This document shows, in pieces, positions 35,350-44,952 of a stretch of DNA of 64,000 bases. The DNA is taken from contig CAZEGN010000001.1 of the NCBI GenBank assembly GCA_964512325.1, positions 17,517 to 81,516 on the forward strand, written 5' to 3'. The stretch comes from an uncultured Candidatus Peribacteria bacterium (GTDB lineage: Bacteria > Patescibacteriota > Gracilibacteria > RBG-16-42-10). A model generated the notes under the pieces. The model was given only the letters and a program-made list of their open reading frames with translations, was not told the DNA's origin and made no database searches. The position numbers were made by a program, and so were the translations under genes. Numbering within the stretch: the stretch's first letter is position 1; each line of letters opens with the position of its first letter.

Positions 35350-38148
35350 ATGGACTTAGACAAGTTTCTTGCTAAATCCATTTTCGAGACAGCAACTAGT
35401 AAAGTACGATACAGTGAAAATATATTCATAAACTCTATGGCTTCTTTCTCCCAACTGAGCCCAGATGAAGCCTTGCTAACGCTTCACAGTTCCTTACATG
35501 GCCTAGACACCAAAGAAGCAAGAAAGCGCCTAGCTGAATTTGGACCGAACACACTAAAAAAAACAAACGAGAAACCGTTATGGTTAAGGTTTCTCAACCA
35601 ATTTGTGGACCCAATGATTGTTTTGATGCTAGGAGCTAGCATGCTCGCTTTTTATCTGGGTAGCACTAGAGACATGATCATTCTCATTACGATTGTCATT
35701 CTCAATGCAATTATTGGCTTTTTTCAAGAATATAAAGCTGAGAATATCATCGCCTCTCTGCAATCATTCTTAAGCCCCAAGGCCAAGGTCTTAAGAGCAG
35801 GCAAGCTGATTGAATTGGACGCGCGCGAGTTAGTTCCTGGAGATATTGTGAATTTGGTAGAAGGTGATTCTGTACCAGCAGATATTCGACTCCTAAGTCT
35901 TAATAATTTAGCTACCAATGACTTTTCACTGACCGGTGAATCAAATCCCAAATCTAAGTTTTTGCATCCCCTACCTAAGCTACAAATGTTGCAATATCGT
36001 GACAATCAAATTTATTTAGGCACCACGGTCGCTCGCGGCAACGGTACTGGTGTCGTCTATGCTACCGGCATGAAAACGGAAATTGGAAAGATAGCTCAGA
36101 TCACAGCTGTCGTTGGCAATGATACTTCACCACTGCAGAAAGAAATTGGACATATTGCAGTAAGAATCACCTATGTTGCGCTCTTGCTCGCTGCCATCAT
36201 ATTTGTGATTAACTACTTTCAGGGCAATGCGATTCAAGCAAGCCTACTCGCAGGCTTAGGCATTGCGGCAGCCATGGTGCCCCAAGGTTTACCCGCACAG
36301 CTATCAGTCACATTTTCGCTGGGAGCTGGGCGTTTAGCTCAAAAAAAGGCAATTATTAAGCAGCTTTATGCAATTGAAACCTTAGGTGCCACCACTATTA
36401 TTTGTTCGGATAAAACGGGTACAATCACTACCAATGAAATGACGGTACAAACAATTTGGCATGACAACCAAGTTTTTTCTGTCTCGGGGAGTGGCTATGA
36501 GCCCAAAGGCGCTATTACTAATGAAGCAACTCTCTCTCAGGATTTATTATTAGCAGGTGTCTTAGCAGCCACAGGTGACATTGCCGCCCCGGATGAAGGG
36601 CATAGAACCTGGTATGCAATTGGCGACCCTACTGAAGCAGCGTTAGTAACGCTAGCACAAAAAGGGCATATAGAAGCAAAGTCTGCTCGCATTGATTGGC
36701 AAGAAGTAAAACAATATCCCTTCGACTCAGTACGCAAAATGATGAGCTCAATTCGAATTGTTCCTGCTGATCAGCCCCAGGCTGGGAACCACAAATTATT
36801 CTTAAAAGGATCGTTAATTAGCGTTTTAGAAAGATCGACGCTCTCTCCAGCAGAACAACAGGAAGTGCTCACAATCAGCAAACAGTATACCTCTCAAAGT
36901 CTGCGTTTACTGGGGATGGCAACGAGAATGGTGGATGCGTCAGAGTTGGAAAGCATAAGCATGGAAAAAGCAGAGCAAGGGCTCACCTTCTTGGGATTTG
37001 TAGCGATGCAAGACCCTCCCCGAGTTGGCGTTGCTGAAGCGATCAGCATTGCTCGTCAGGCCCATATTCGCACCTTCATTGTCACTGGTGATCAAGCGGA
37101 AACAGCAAAAGCCGTGGCCGAGAAGATTGGCTTAGGCAAAGGTGAAGCAGTCACGATTATTCAGGGTGATGAGCTGAGTGAGTTGAATGATTTTGAGCTA
37201 CATCAAAGACTTACTGCCCCTGCAGTTATCTTTGCGCGCACCAGTCCTGAAGACAAGCTAAGAATAGTAAAATTGCTTCAAGAGCAAGGGAATGTGGTAG
37301 CGGTGACTGGTGACGGAGTGAATGATGCTCCCGCGCTGAAGCAAGCAGATATTGGTGTTGCTATGGGCAAAATTGGTACTGATGTGGCAAAAGAAGCGGC
37401 GGAGATTGTATTGACTGATGATAGTTATGTCACGCTGGTGGAAGCAGTAAAAGAAGGCCGGACTATTTTTACCAATTTAAAGAAGACATTCTACTCCACG
37501 CTTTCCAGCAACTTTGGTGAACTAACAGCTGTGCTTGCCAGTGCAGCCTTGCTTTTATGGGGCTTTCCGCCAGCTATTTATGCTATTCATATTTTGCTGG
37601 TTGATTTGGTAGGCGAAATGCTGCCGTTAATGGCTTTGACTTTTGATCCAGCTCCAACTGACTTGCTGAAACAGAAACCACGAGCACTTAAAGACCACTT
37701 TTTAAGCATTCGTGCTTTACTAGATGTTTCTTATGCTGGAGTAGTGATGGGAGGCGTAGCGGTGTTTAACTTTATCTGGTTCTTAGAGAGACACAATGAC
37801 GCAAATATCACAGGCTGGACACTAGAAAACCCATTATATCTGCGAGCACTGACACTGACCTATGTGACACTCATGTTTGGTCAATTTGCGAATATTTTAT
37901 CTCGTCGCAGTGAGCACGAAACACTATTTCGATGCTACTTTTGGTCAAACCCTCGCCTTTTAGCTGCTATCATAGCCTCAGTCGGCCTGATGTGTATTGT
38001 CATTTACACACCCTGGTTACAACCTTATTTAAAAACAGCCAACCTGCAGCTTACAGATTGGCTATTTGCTTGTTTAGGATTTGTGGTGATGGTAATTGCA
38101 CATGAGCTCAGAAAAGCCTGGCGCAGGAAAGTATCGAGATTGATATAG
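35350..38148 (+). CDS. P-type cation-transporting ATPase (type II-like)
   Basis: Contains TGES, phosphorylation site CSDKTGTITTNEM, TGDQAETA and VTGDGVNDAPALKQADIGVAMG. N-terminal GLDTKEARKRLAEFGPN. Possible alternative start Met30 (35437). Confidence 0.9.
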   Translation: MDLDKFLAKSIFETATSKVRYSENIFINSMASFSQLSPDEALLTLHSSLHGLDTKEARKRLAEFGPNTLKKTNEKPLWLRFLNQFVDPMIVLMLGASMLAFYLGSTRDMIILITIVILNAIIGFFQEYKAENIIASLQSFLSPKAKVLRAGKLIELDARELVPGDIVNLVEGDSVPADIRLLSLNNLATNDFSLTGESNPKSKFLHPLPKLQMLQYRDNQIYLGTTVARGNGTGVVYATGMKTEIGKIAQITAVVGNDTSPLQKEIGHIAVRITYVALLLAAIIFVINYFQGNAIQASLLAGLGIAAAMVPQGLPAQLSVTFSLGAGRLAQKKAIIKQLYAIETLGATTIICSDKTGTITTNEMTVQTIWHDNQVFSVSGSGYEPKGAITNEATLSQDLLLAGVLAATGDIAAPDEGHRTWYAIGDPTEAALVTLAQKGHIEAKSARIDWQEVKQYPFDSVRKMMSSIRIVPADQPQAGNHKLFLKGSLISVLERSTLSPAEQQEVLTISKQYTSQSLRLLGMATRMVDASELESISMEKAEQGLTFLGFVAMQDPPRVGVAEAISIARQAHIRTFIVTGDQAETAKAVAEKIGLGKGEAVTIIQGDELSELNDFELHQRLTAPAVIFARTSPEDKLRIVKLLQEQGNVVAVTGDGVNDAPALKQADIGVAMGKIGTDVAKEAAEIVLTDDSYVTLVEAVKEGRTIFTNLKKTFYSTLSSNFGELTAVLASAALLLWGFPPAIYAIHILLVDLVGEMLPLMALTFDPAPTDLLKQKPRALKDHFLSIRALLDVSYAGVVMGGVAVFNFIWFLERHNDANITGWTLENPLYLRALTLTYVTLMFGQFANILSRRSEHETLFRCYFWSNPRLLAAIIASVGLMCIVIYTPWLQPYLKTANLQLTDWLFACLGFVVMVIAHELRKAWRRKVSRLI

Positions 38149-39126
38149 CTAACGATCCGGATGTGTACCACTGTCTGTTGCAACAGTTGCTGCATCTGTC
38201 ACCGTACTTCCTCCATCTGTTATGGCAGCCATACCAGCATCAGCGTTTGCTTGCGTAGGAAGATGAGCGCACGCTCCTTGCAATCGATCTAAGTCCCCTT
38301 GAGGCACGGGATTAGTTAACAATCCCTGCTCAGTACAGTTTTGGATCACCATTTGTGCTTCACAAGGATGATCGCGCATATAACTTTGCCATGATGGCAA
38401 TTCAAAAATCTTGGCAGCTACGGCTCGCGCAGGATCAACTAGCCCCATACGCCACAAACAAACGACAACGTTCGCCAAATGTCCAGGCTCAGAAATATGA
38501 TGGGTTGGGTGTGTATTTACAAACTGTACCCAGTCTACGTTCACCGTAGGATCACCAACTGCATCTTCTTTAAAATCTCTTAAAGCCACTTGTGCAATCA
38601 TTGCTCTTGCCACACGCACAGCGCGCCAGATTTTATCCATATTTTGAGTCGTCAAATCTGCAGGCTCTACACGAAGTGTAGGCCAAGATTGACGCATTAT
38701 ATCTCGCGCTCGTGCATCAAGCAAAGGTGAATTAAAGAGGTCATTAATTGCACCTATTTCACCTGCTGGCAAGGTATTTGGTGAATCGGTATGAGCACTA
38801 ATAACGCGCATCAACCGATCGGCCTCATCCGATGAGTGCATTCTTTCTTTTCCTCGCACCCATGAGTTAATAGTCATAGCCTCCAGCGTAGGCCTATCCA
38901 CAACGCTATGGTAAGCGCGTCTACCTCTACGCAAGTAATCTCCGCCCAAAAGTCCCGTCGTCACAGCGCCAAGCGCTAAAATTCCAAATATCTTGCCACG
39001 ATGTTTTTTTGCCGTCTCACTGACCGAACGTCTCAAACGTGCAGCAGCACTTGGTCCGCTCGGAGCAGCAGCAGGACGAGGTGAGGTAGATGGACCAGTT
39101 GAATATCCTAATGGACTTGTAGGCAT
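38149..39126 (-). CDS. hypothetical single-pass membrane protein with Pro/Ser/Ala-rich N-terminus
   Basis: PSTSPRPAAAPSGPSAAA, then TM IFGILALGAVTTGLLGG, then a Cys-containing domain of about 250 aa with no family I recognise. Its stop abuts the ATPase stop with 0 nt spacing. Confidence 0.5.
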   Translation of the reverse strand: MPTSPLGYSTGPSTSPRPAAAPSGPSAAARLRRSVSETAKKHRGKIFGILALGAVTTGLLGGDYLRRGRRAYHSVVDRPTLEAMTINSWVRGKERMHSSDEADRLMRVISAHTDSPNTLPAGEIGAINDLFNSPLLDARARDIMRQSWPTLRVEPADLTTQNMDKIWRAVRVARAMIAQVALRDFKEDAVGDPTVNVDWVQFVNTHPTHHISEPGHLANVVVCLWRMGLVDPARAVAAKIFELPSWQSYMRDHPCEAQMVIQNCTEQGLLTNPVPQGDLDRLQGACAHLPTQANADAGMAAITDGGSTVTDAATVATDSGTHPDR

Positions 39127-39162
39127 AGAAAAAGATTAATTAGCGCAATTATAAATTGTTAA

Positions 39163-40581
39163 TTAAGGCATGCGGATATTAGGATTTGTATCAGCATCGT
39201 CGTCCACGAATGACGGAGACTGAACTGGTGGCGGTGGTACAGCTGGACCTTGTGGGCTTGGTCGCCTTGGAGCAGGTTGTATTGGTGGTAATGGTGGCAC
39301 TTGTTGTGCCCGTCCTGCACCGGATTGTGGAGCTTGACGAAATGCCGCAACCGCTCCGCTCACCACTTCACCGAATCCTCTGCCAAAACCTTGCCCGGCC
39401 ATTCCATAGCCGTAAGCAGTTGCCAGTGGACCGGCAACAGCAGGATCAACTGACGCGATATACGCCATTGCTGCACCATCAGGACCCAATCTCGCACCTA
39501 CAGTAGCAGCTGCATCAGCTTGAATCACTGCGGCCTCAGCTCTACCTTGAGCCTCGACAACTCTTGCTTGCGCAGCATTTTGTGCTCTCAGTACATCGGC
39601 AGAGGTCGCTCTAGCTTCATCCCAGCGACGTTGTACAGCGGGGTCATTTTCGAATGCCGCCAACTGAATTCTCAATCTCCATCCGTATTGGTCCTCAAAC
39701 TGTACTAGTTCTGGAGCAAATGCTGCCGGATCAGCCAAGTCCTCGTTGATTTGACGAATATGAGTGTTTAATTGTTCAATTGTCCAACCCGTATACCTAG
39801 TAGCAATAAGGTTAGTAATTGCTTTTAAAGTTGCATCACGTGCAAGACTAGAAAAACGCTGCTCAATTGTTGCCGCATTGTTGTTTCTACCCATATTCAC
39901 ATATGACCGGCGCAGATCAGTAAGCTCACGCGTAACAGACCAAGTCAGTTTTGCACTGATACCATTTATCGGCTGAATTTCTTCAAAATCTTTGTCTGGT
40001 GGTAGAGTATCAATTTCAGGTTTTACTATTTGTTCTTCAGCGCTAGCACCTGGTCGGATTTGAGTAAGACCATATCGAATAAACCAAAACCATCCTGGTC
40101 CCTCCATTAAATCAAGATTGTTTAATTGATCAGCAGTATCACGACCAAAACGTCTTTCTCTTAGTGCTAGATGTCCAGGAGGCACATACATCCCTCCTGT
40201 GGCTCGAAGCATAGCCTCAACCGCTGGTCGTCCATATCTAGCAACAAGTACCGCAACACCTAACATTACAGCAATTCCCGTAATTCCAATGCAACTATAG
40301 CTACCAACCTGCTCCCATGAACACCCCTGAGCCGTAGCTCCAAGGGCAACTAATAACGCCATTGCCTGCTGAGAACTCATAGGGTTCTTCAACTTTTCTA
40401 TCGGATTTTCAGCCATAACAGCAACACTACCAGCAATTCTGTCCTTAATCACCGCCAGTCCCTGCTCTTGTTCCAATGCTGTACGCAGCTCTTCTCTCCC
40501 CTGAACAACAGCATTTCTTTCTGGGGCAAGTTCTAAGGATGTATGATCTGGACTACCAACATTTGGAGACAACTTTTCCAT
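39163..40581 (-). CDS. divergent SPFH/band-7-like membrane protein with Pro-rich C-terminal tail
   Basis: TM IGITGIAVMLGVAVLVA. IQLAAFENDPAVQRRWDEARATSADVLRAQNAAQARVVEAQGRAEAAVIQADAAA resembles the SPFH C-terminal Ala/Glu-rich helix pattern. The tail is PPLPPIQPAPRRPSPQGPAVPPPPVQSP. Confidence 0.4.
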   Translation of the reverse strand: MEKLSPNVGSPDHTSLELAPERNAVVQGREELRTALEQEQGLAVIKDRIAGSVAVMAENPIEKLKNPMSSQQAMALLVALGATAQGCSWEQVGSYSCIGITGIAVMLGVAVLVARYGRPAVEAMLRATGGMYVPPGHLALRERRFGRDTADQLNNLDLMEGPGWFWFIRYGLTQIRPGASAEEQIVKPEIDTLPPDKDFEEIQPINGISAKLTWSVTRELTDLRRSYVNMGRNNNAATIEQRFSSLARDATLKAITNLIATRYTGWTIEQLNTHIRQINEDLADPAAFAPELVQFEDQYGWRLRIQLAAFENDPAVQRRWDEARATSADVLRAQNAAQARVVEAQGRAEAAVIQADAAATVGARLGPDGAAMAYIASVDPAVAGPLATAYGYGMAGQGFGRGFGEVVSGAVAAFRQAPQSGAGRAQQVPPLPPIQPAPRRPSPQGPAVPPPPVQSPSFVDDDADTNPNIRMP

Positions 40582-40683
40582 AATTTTTTTATTGCTTCAT
40601 TTAATTCTAAAACATTTGGCAGAATTGTCAATATTCGAGCCAAGGTGAGATATTAGCACAGGTAACAAATTTACGCTAAGGTA

Positions 40684-40725
40684 GAGGACGAATTTTGAAT
40701 TCGGCGATCGGAATTCGGAATTTAT
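40684..40725. repeat. heptanucleotide tandem array (AATTCGG type, 6 units)
   Basis: Units are gaggacg aattttg aattcgg cgatcgg aattcgg aatttat. The array lies in the divergent intergenic region between 40581 and 40748. Confidence 0.85.
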
Positions 40726-40747
40726 CTACTAAGCCCATCGCTCAAGT

Positions 40748-43054
40748 ATGAGAAGAAAATATCACTGGCTAGCATTATTATTGACTATCTCTAGCAGTAT
40801 AGCAGGACTTTTTTTGAATACCGCCACCACTGTTTCAGCTCAAAGCACGGGAACTCGTTGTACTACTTCCGGCGAAACGCTTTTTTTGAGATTTAATTAT
40901 GTGCCAACGCCGGGGCAGGGATATTTGGAGAATAAAGCAATTATTTACGTACCAAAAGAAGCGCAATGTGCAGGTACTTTTCCCATGTATGTCCACCTGC
41001 ATGGTGATAATAAATATACTGATAATATTAGCCCCTATTACCTTCCCTCTACCGTAAACGGTCAAAGAGAAACAGCACACTATAATGATCATGGCACGAT
41101 TCGAGAGGATGTAGGTAGCAATCAGTTTAAGAGTGCGATTGAAGCAGCAATGCGTAATAGTCGTGTGCCCGGCATGATCTTTGTGCTTCCCGTGAACACC
41201 AGCAATCCTTCACATTGGGTAAATCTCAATGGTGCTACCCTGAAATCAGCAGTACAAAGTGCGCTCGATAGCAATCCACTTACGCAAGGCAAAGGCATTC
41301 GTATTGGTAACGACACTTTGTTATCAGGACACTCTGGAGCGGCATGCCATGCCAATGAAGGCTTAATGAACTTTCCAGGATTGAATCCGAAAGCAGTCGC
41401 AGTGGTTGATGCTTGTGTTAGCTTGCGCGATGGCACCTCAGTATACCAAACCATTGCTAACGCCCACCCCAACGCCACATTGCTATTTTATGCAGCCAAT
41501 ATGGCCTATGATAATGCCACGTATACAAACAATGTAGAAACGGGCGGATATCACAATATTTTGCAAGCGCTCCGTTTTCAGCAGCAAAGTTCCTGTGATG
41601 CTAATGTCTTTCTTCATCCTCATAATCCTACCCAAAGCAAATCGTATGGCAGACCAGCAGGATCGCATTTTCGGCAATATTGGGACAATCCTCAACTATG
41701 GTGTTCAAAAAGCCCTGACCATCCTTGGTACGGACTATTTGCCACCAGTGTAGATCACCGTAGCGCTGCGGGGCTTGGAGTCAGAACATTGATTAATCTT
41801 TACTTCGCGCAAAATACTCCAACTGCACCTGCTACTAATAATACCAATGCGGCAGCGCAAACGAATCCAAACACTGGTAGCACTACTAATACTACGACAA
41901 TTAGTAGCAATAATGCTCCGTCAGTCTCAGGGACTGTGCCTTTAGAAATCAGCATCAATGGCATTCGTAGCATTTCAGGTAATGATCAAGGCTACATTAT
42001 TAATTACGCCCGTACAGTATTTCTCTACGCCGCGGGTCTCACCGGTACCTTAGCCTTACTTGTACTGATCGTTGCAGGCTTACAAATTATCTTTTCCAGT
42101 GAAGCTGAGCAAAATAAGCAGGCAAAACAGCTTATTATTGGAAGTCTTAGCGGCTTAGCTTTATTAGCAACCAGCGGCTGGATTTTATATTTGATTAATC
42201 CCTGTTTCTTTAGTTTCGGTAGCAGCTCTACTTGTACACCACGTGGTACGCAACCAGCGCAATATACTTTTACGCAGCCGGTGAATAATTCCACGATTAA
42301 CCGAACTGGTACACCACCTCCTCCTCCCAGTCCCAATTGCAATAACAGCACTCAGACCTGTGATGTGGTTTTACCAGTACCTTATGTGTCCCAAGTGGCA
42401 GCACCAGATGAATGTAGTTATGACAATATCTGTGCCACCAATAGACGGGCGGGGAGTGAAAATGACGGCTCAAATCCCAAATGGGGCCAGGTCAGCTGTG
42501 GCGCCGCGGCATTTAGCATTGCTTACTTATATGTAAGTGGAAATAGCACTCCCACCAATGATTTCCTAAGATCGTTTATTAATGATTACTTCCGTTGTGG
42601 GATCCACGGACTTCCACCAGAGCAAAGTGCTCGTATTGGCGGCTACGATGCTCGCTCTGCACCTCGCACCTATAATGATGATCTCTGTGCTTATACTCTA
42701 GGCTCAGGGGGGGAAGTAGATACACTGACTCGTATTCTCAAGACACAACTGGGAGCTCAAGGCACGCGCACTATTTCCGATTTAACCCCACAAGCAATGT
42801 ACCAAGCACTTTCTGCTGGTCACCCCATTGTAATTGGCGGTGTTATTAGGGACCGCAGTACCGGGAACTTTGTTCCATCAGGGCATTATACGGTCATTAT
42901 TGGCATACGTGGCTATAATCAAAGCAATGGGCAATTTACTGACTTGGTTATCCATGACGTAGGACGGCAAGCAAATAGCCCCCTCACTATGGCCAATTAC
43001 ACTTCTCTTCGTAGCAGCAATGAGCTGCAAAGAGGCATAGCAGTAGCGATGTAA
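40748..43054 (+). CDS. secreted tripartite protein: serine-hydrolase-like domain, VirB2/T4SS-pilin-like TM hairpin, C39-like cysteine peptidase domain
   Basis: Signal peptide ...TATTVSAQS. Nucleophile elbow GHSGA (Ser codon 41333-41335). N/T-rich linker. Hairpin VFLYAAGLTGTLALLVLIVAGLQIIFSSEAEQNKQAKQLIIGSLSGLALLATSGWILYLIN (about 42020-42200). C-terminal VPYVSQ...VSCGAAA (Cys 42497-42499)...SGHYTVIIG...VIHDVG. Confidence 0.65.
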   Translation: MRRKYHWLALLLTISSSIAGLFLNTATTVSAQSTGTRCTTSGETLFLRFNYVPTPGQGYLENKAIIYVPKEAQCAGTFPMYVHLHGDNKYTDNISPYYLPSTVNGQRETAHYNDHGTIREDVGSNQFKSAIEAAMRNSRVPGMIFVLPVNTSNPSHWVNLNGATLKSAVQSALDSNPLTQGKGIRIGNDTLLSGHSGAACHANEGLMNFPGLNPKAVAVVDACVSLRDGTSVYQTIANAHPNATLLFYAANMAYDNATYTNNVETGGYHNILQALRFQQQSSCDANVFLHPHNPTQSKSYGRPAGSHFRQYWDNPQLWCSKSPDHPWYGLFATSVDHRSAAGLGVRTLINLYFAQNTPTAPATNNTNAAAQTNPNTGSTTNTTTISSNNAPSVSGTVPLEISINGIRSISGNDQGYIINYARTVFLYAAGLTGTLALLVLIVAGLQIIFSSEAEQNKQAKQLIIGSLSGLALLATSGWILYLINPCFFSFGSSSTCTPRGTQPAQYTFTQPVNNSTINRTGTPPPPPSPNCNNSTQTCDVVLPVPYVSQVAAPDECSYDNICATNRRAGSENDGSNPKWGQVSCGAAAFSIAYLYVSGNSTPTNDFLRSFINDYFRCGIHGLPPEQSARIGGYDARSAPRTYNDDLCAYTLGSGGEVDTLTRILKTQLGAQGTRTISDLTPQAMYQALSAGHPIVIGGVIRDRSTGNFVPSGHYTVIIGIRGYNQSNGQFTDLVIHDVGRQANSPLTMANYTSLRSSNELQRGIAVAM

Positions 43055-43057
43055 AAT

Positions 43058-44056
43058 ATGACCAAAAAACTTCTTTTTCTGGGCGTCTTCGTTGTCCTCA
43101 TCATCACTGCAGCAATCATTTTGATCATGCCAGGTGATCAGCAAAATATATCTCAACCTGTAACAAATACGAGCACAACTCCCCTGACCACACCGCAGTC
43201 ATCTCCAGTTGCCGAGCAACTCGAAGTTACTATCCTTTCCACACCGCAAACAGCAACCATTGTGGTTGATGGTTTGAGCATTGGTCAAACGCCACTGCAA
43301 TACACCTTCAATCACAACCAAAGCTATCAGTTAAAGGCACTGAAAGAGGGTTATATTCCGTTGATAATAACTTACACTCCAAACGAATCCACCCTGCGCT
43401 TACAGCTTCAGCCAATAAATACTCCCAGCACGACAGCTGATATTGTAATATCAAATACCACAGCTCCTGCACTTGCAACACCCCAGGCAACTAATACCCC
43501 CCAAGCAACATTATCTCCCCTCCCTTTTCCAAGTGCTCCTGACTTGCACGTTATTACTCGTACCAACAATACATTCACCTACACTCCTGCAGCTTCAACA
43601 CCGAGCACTACTTCCACTCCCACCCCGAGCACATCTAGTCCTATACCAACAACACAAACTACTACATTACCACCGCCAGCACCTGCGCAAACTCCTTCCC
43701 CAGCACAAATCAGTAGCTATAATCAGTTAATTGCTCAATATTCTGGCGTACAAGATTTTCCAGCTGATGACACTGTGCAGGAAGGAACAAGCAATGAAAA
43801 AGGCGTGATTGTTAGCATGAATTGGTTTTATACTGAAAATGCATATGCCCTAGCAGGCTTTCCGATTCGTTTTATTAGTGACGGCAATACACAATGCACT
43901 TTGCGTGCATTAAGTGTACAGGGTGATTTAGCGATAGGAACTTTACGGGGCAATGACAGCCTTCTTTTTACTGCAACTCCAGGTACGGATGAAACTTTAC
44001 GCTTTAGATGCCAAGAACGTCCGACGATCACACTCGATCTCAACATTTTTTCTTAA
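43058..44056 (+). CDS. TM-anchored PEGA-domain protein with Thr/Pro/Ser-rich linker
   Basis: N-terminal TM LLFLGVFVVLIITAAIILIM. PEGA-like QTATIVVDGLSIGQTPLQYTFNHNQSYQLKALKEGYIP. Low-complexity linker TPSTTSTPTPSTSSPIPTTQTT. C-terminal domain has two Cys. Confidence 0.65.
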   Translation: MTKKLLFLGVFVVLIITAAIILIMPGDQQNISQPVTNTSTTPLTTPQSSPVAEQLEVTILSTPQTATIVVDGLSIGQTPLQYTFNHNQSYQLKALKEGYIPLIITYTPNESTLRLQLQPINTPSTTADIVISNTTAPALATPQATNTPQATLSPLPFPSAPDLHVITRTNNTFTYTPAASTPSTTSTPTPSTSSPIPTTQTTTLPPPAPAQTPSPAQISSYNQLIAQYSGVQDFPADDTVQEGTSNEKGVIVSMNWFYTENAYALAGFPIRFISDGNTQCTLRALSVQGDLAIGTLRGNDSLLFTATPGTDETLRFRCQERPTITLDLNIFS

Positions 44057-44059
44057 ACC

Positions 44060-44950
44060 ATGAAGAAAGTCTTATTACTTCTTTTTCTTATTGTGCTCAT
44101 CGGAGCAGCAGTAATGACCAGCAAAGACATTTTCTTCCCCACAACATCTCTTACAAATGAACTTGGTCCCCAAGGCCGTGTCACTGTACTTGCACCGATC
44201 ACTATTATTTCAACTCCAACTGAAGCCACAGTACGCTTGAATGGTAACGTAATGGGCACAACTCCTCTTTCTCTCGCCAATCTTCGCCAGCATAACAATG
44301 TAATTACTCTCGAAAAGAGTGGCTTTAGCAAAATTACTATAGCGCTAGCTCCCCCTGATAGCGCAACCACCATAGCTTTTGATTTGCAAAAACAAACCTA
44401 CCAAACTAGCTCTATACCAGAAAAGAGTTTTCAAGAAACACTGGATTATCTGAATAATAATGACGCCAATATCCCATTTGAGCTGACTGGCAAGATAGTT
44501 GTGCCTGAAGGATTTCGCTTTCCTGACAATGCAGATATAAATCAGCCTCTTAATCTAGAACCTATCCCGCTTGCGCTCCTCCGAGATTCCACCACGCAAC
44601 AAATGCCGCTTGATCAACGCAGCACTCTTTTTAATCGATTGAATACCAATTATCGCTATGATCCAAACACACAGACAATGTTTACAGAAGCCTTTCGCTT
44701 TGCAGTCAGCATTATCAATTTTGAAACATTCGATCCACAGACACTGAATATACGCAGTGGCAGTGAATTGCTTTGGTACAATCAAAGCACTGAAGATTGT
44801 GAATTACGAACAGACCCAAAGTCACCCATGCGCATCAATCAAAAAGTGGCAGTACAGAAAAGCACAGTACTTAGCTTAATTAATCCTGGCATTTACATCT
44901 TTTTTTGTCAGGGTAATCCTGGACCTACTCAGACCATTACCGTTTACTAA
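44060..44950 (+). CDS. TM-anchored PEGA-domain protein with cupredoxin-like C-terminal domain
   Basis: TM LLLLFLIVLIGAAVM. PEGA-like TEATVRLNGNVMGTTPLSLANLRQHNNVITLEKSGFS. C-terminal LNIRSGSELLWYNQSTEDCELRTDP...GIYIFFCQGNPGPTQTITV. Confidence 0.6.
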   Translation: MKKVLLLLFLIVLIGAAVMTSKDIFFPTTSLTNELGPQGRVTVLAPITIISTPTEATVRLNGNVMGTTPLSLANLRQHNNVITLEKSGFSKITIALAPPDSATTIAFDLQKQTYQTSSIPEKSFQETLDYLNNNDANIPFELTGKIVVPEGFRFPDNADINQPLNLEPIPLALLRDSTTQQMPLDQRSTLFNRLNTNYRYDPNTQTMFTEAFRFAVSIINFETFDPQTLNIRSGSELLWYNQSTEDCELRTDPKSPMRINQKVAVQKSTVLSLINPGIYIFFCQGNPGPTQTITVY

Positions 44951-44952
44951 TT

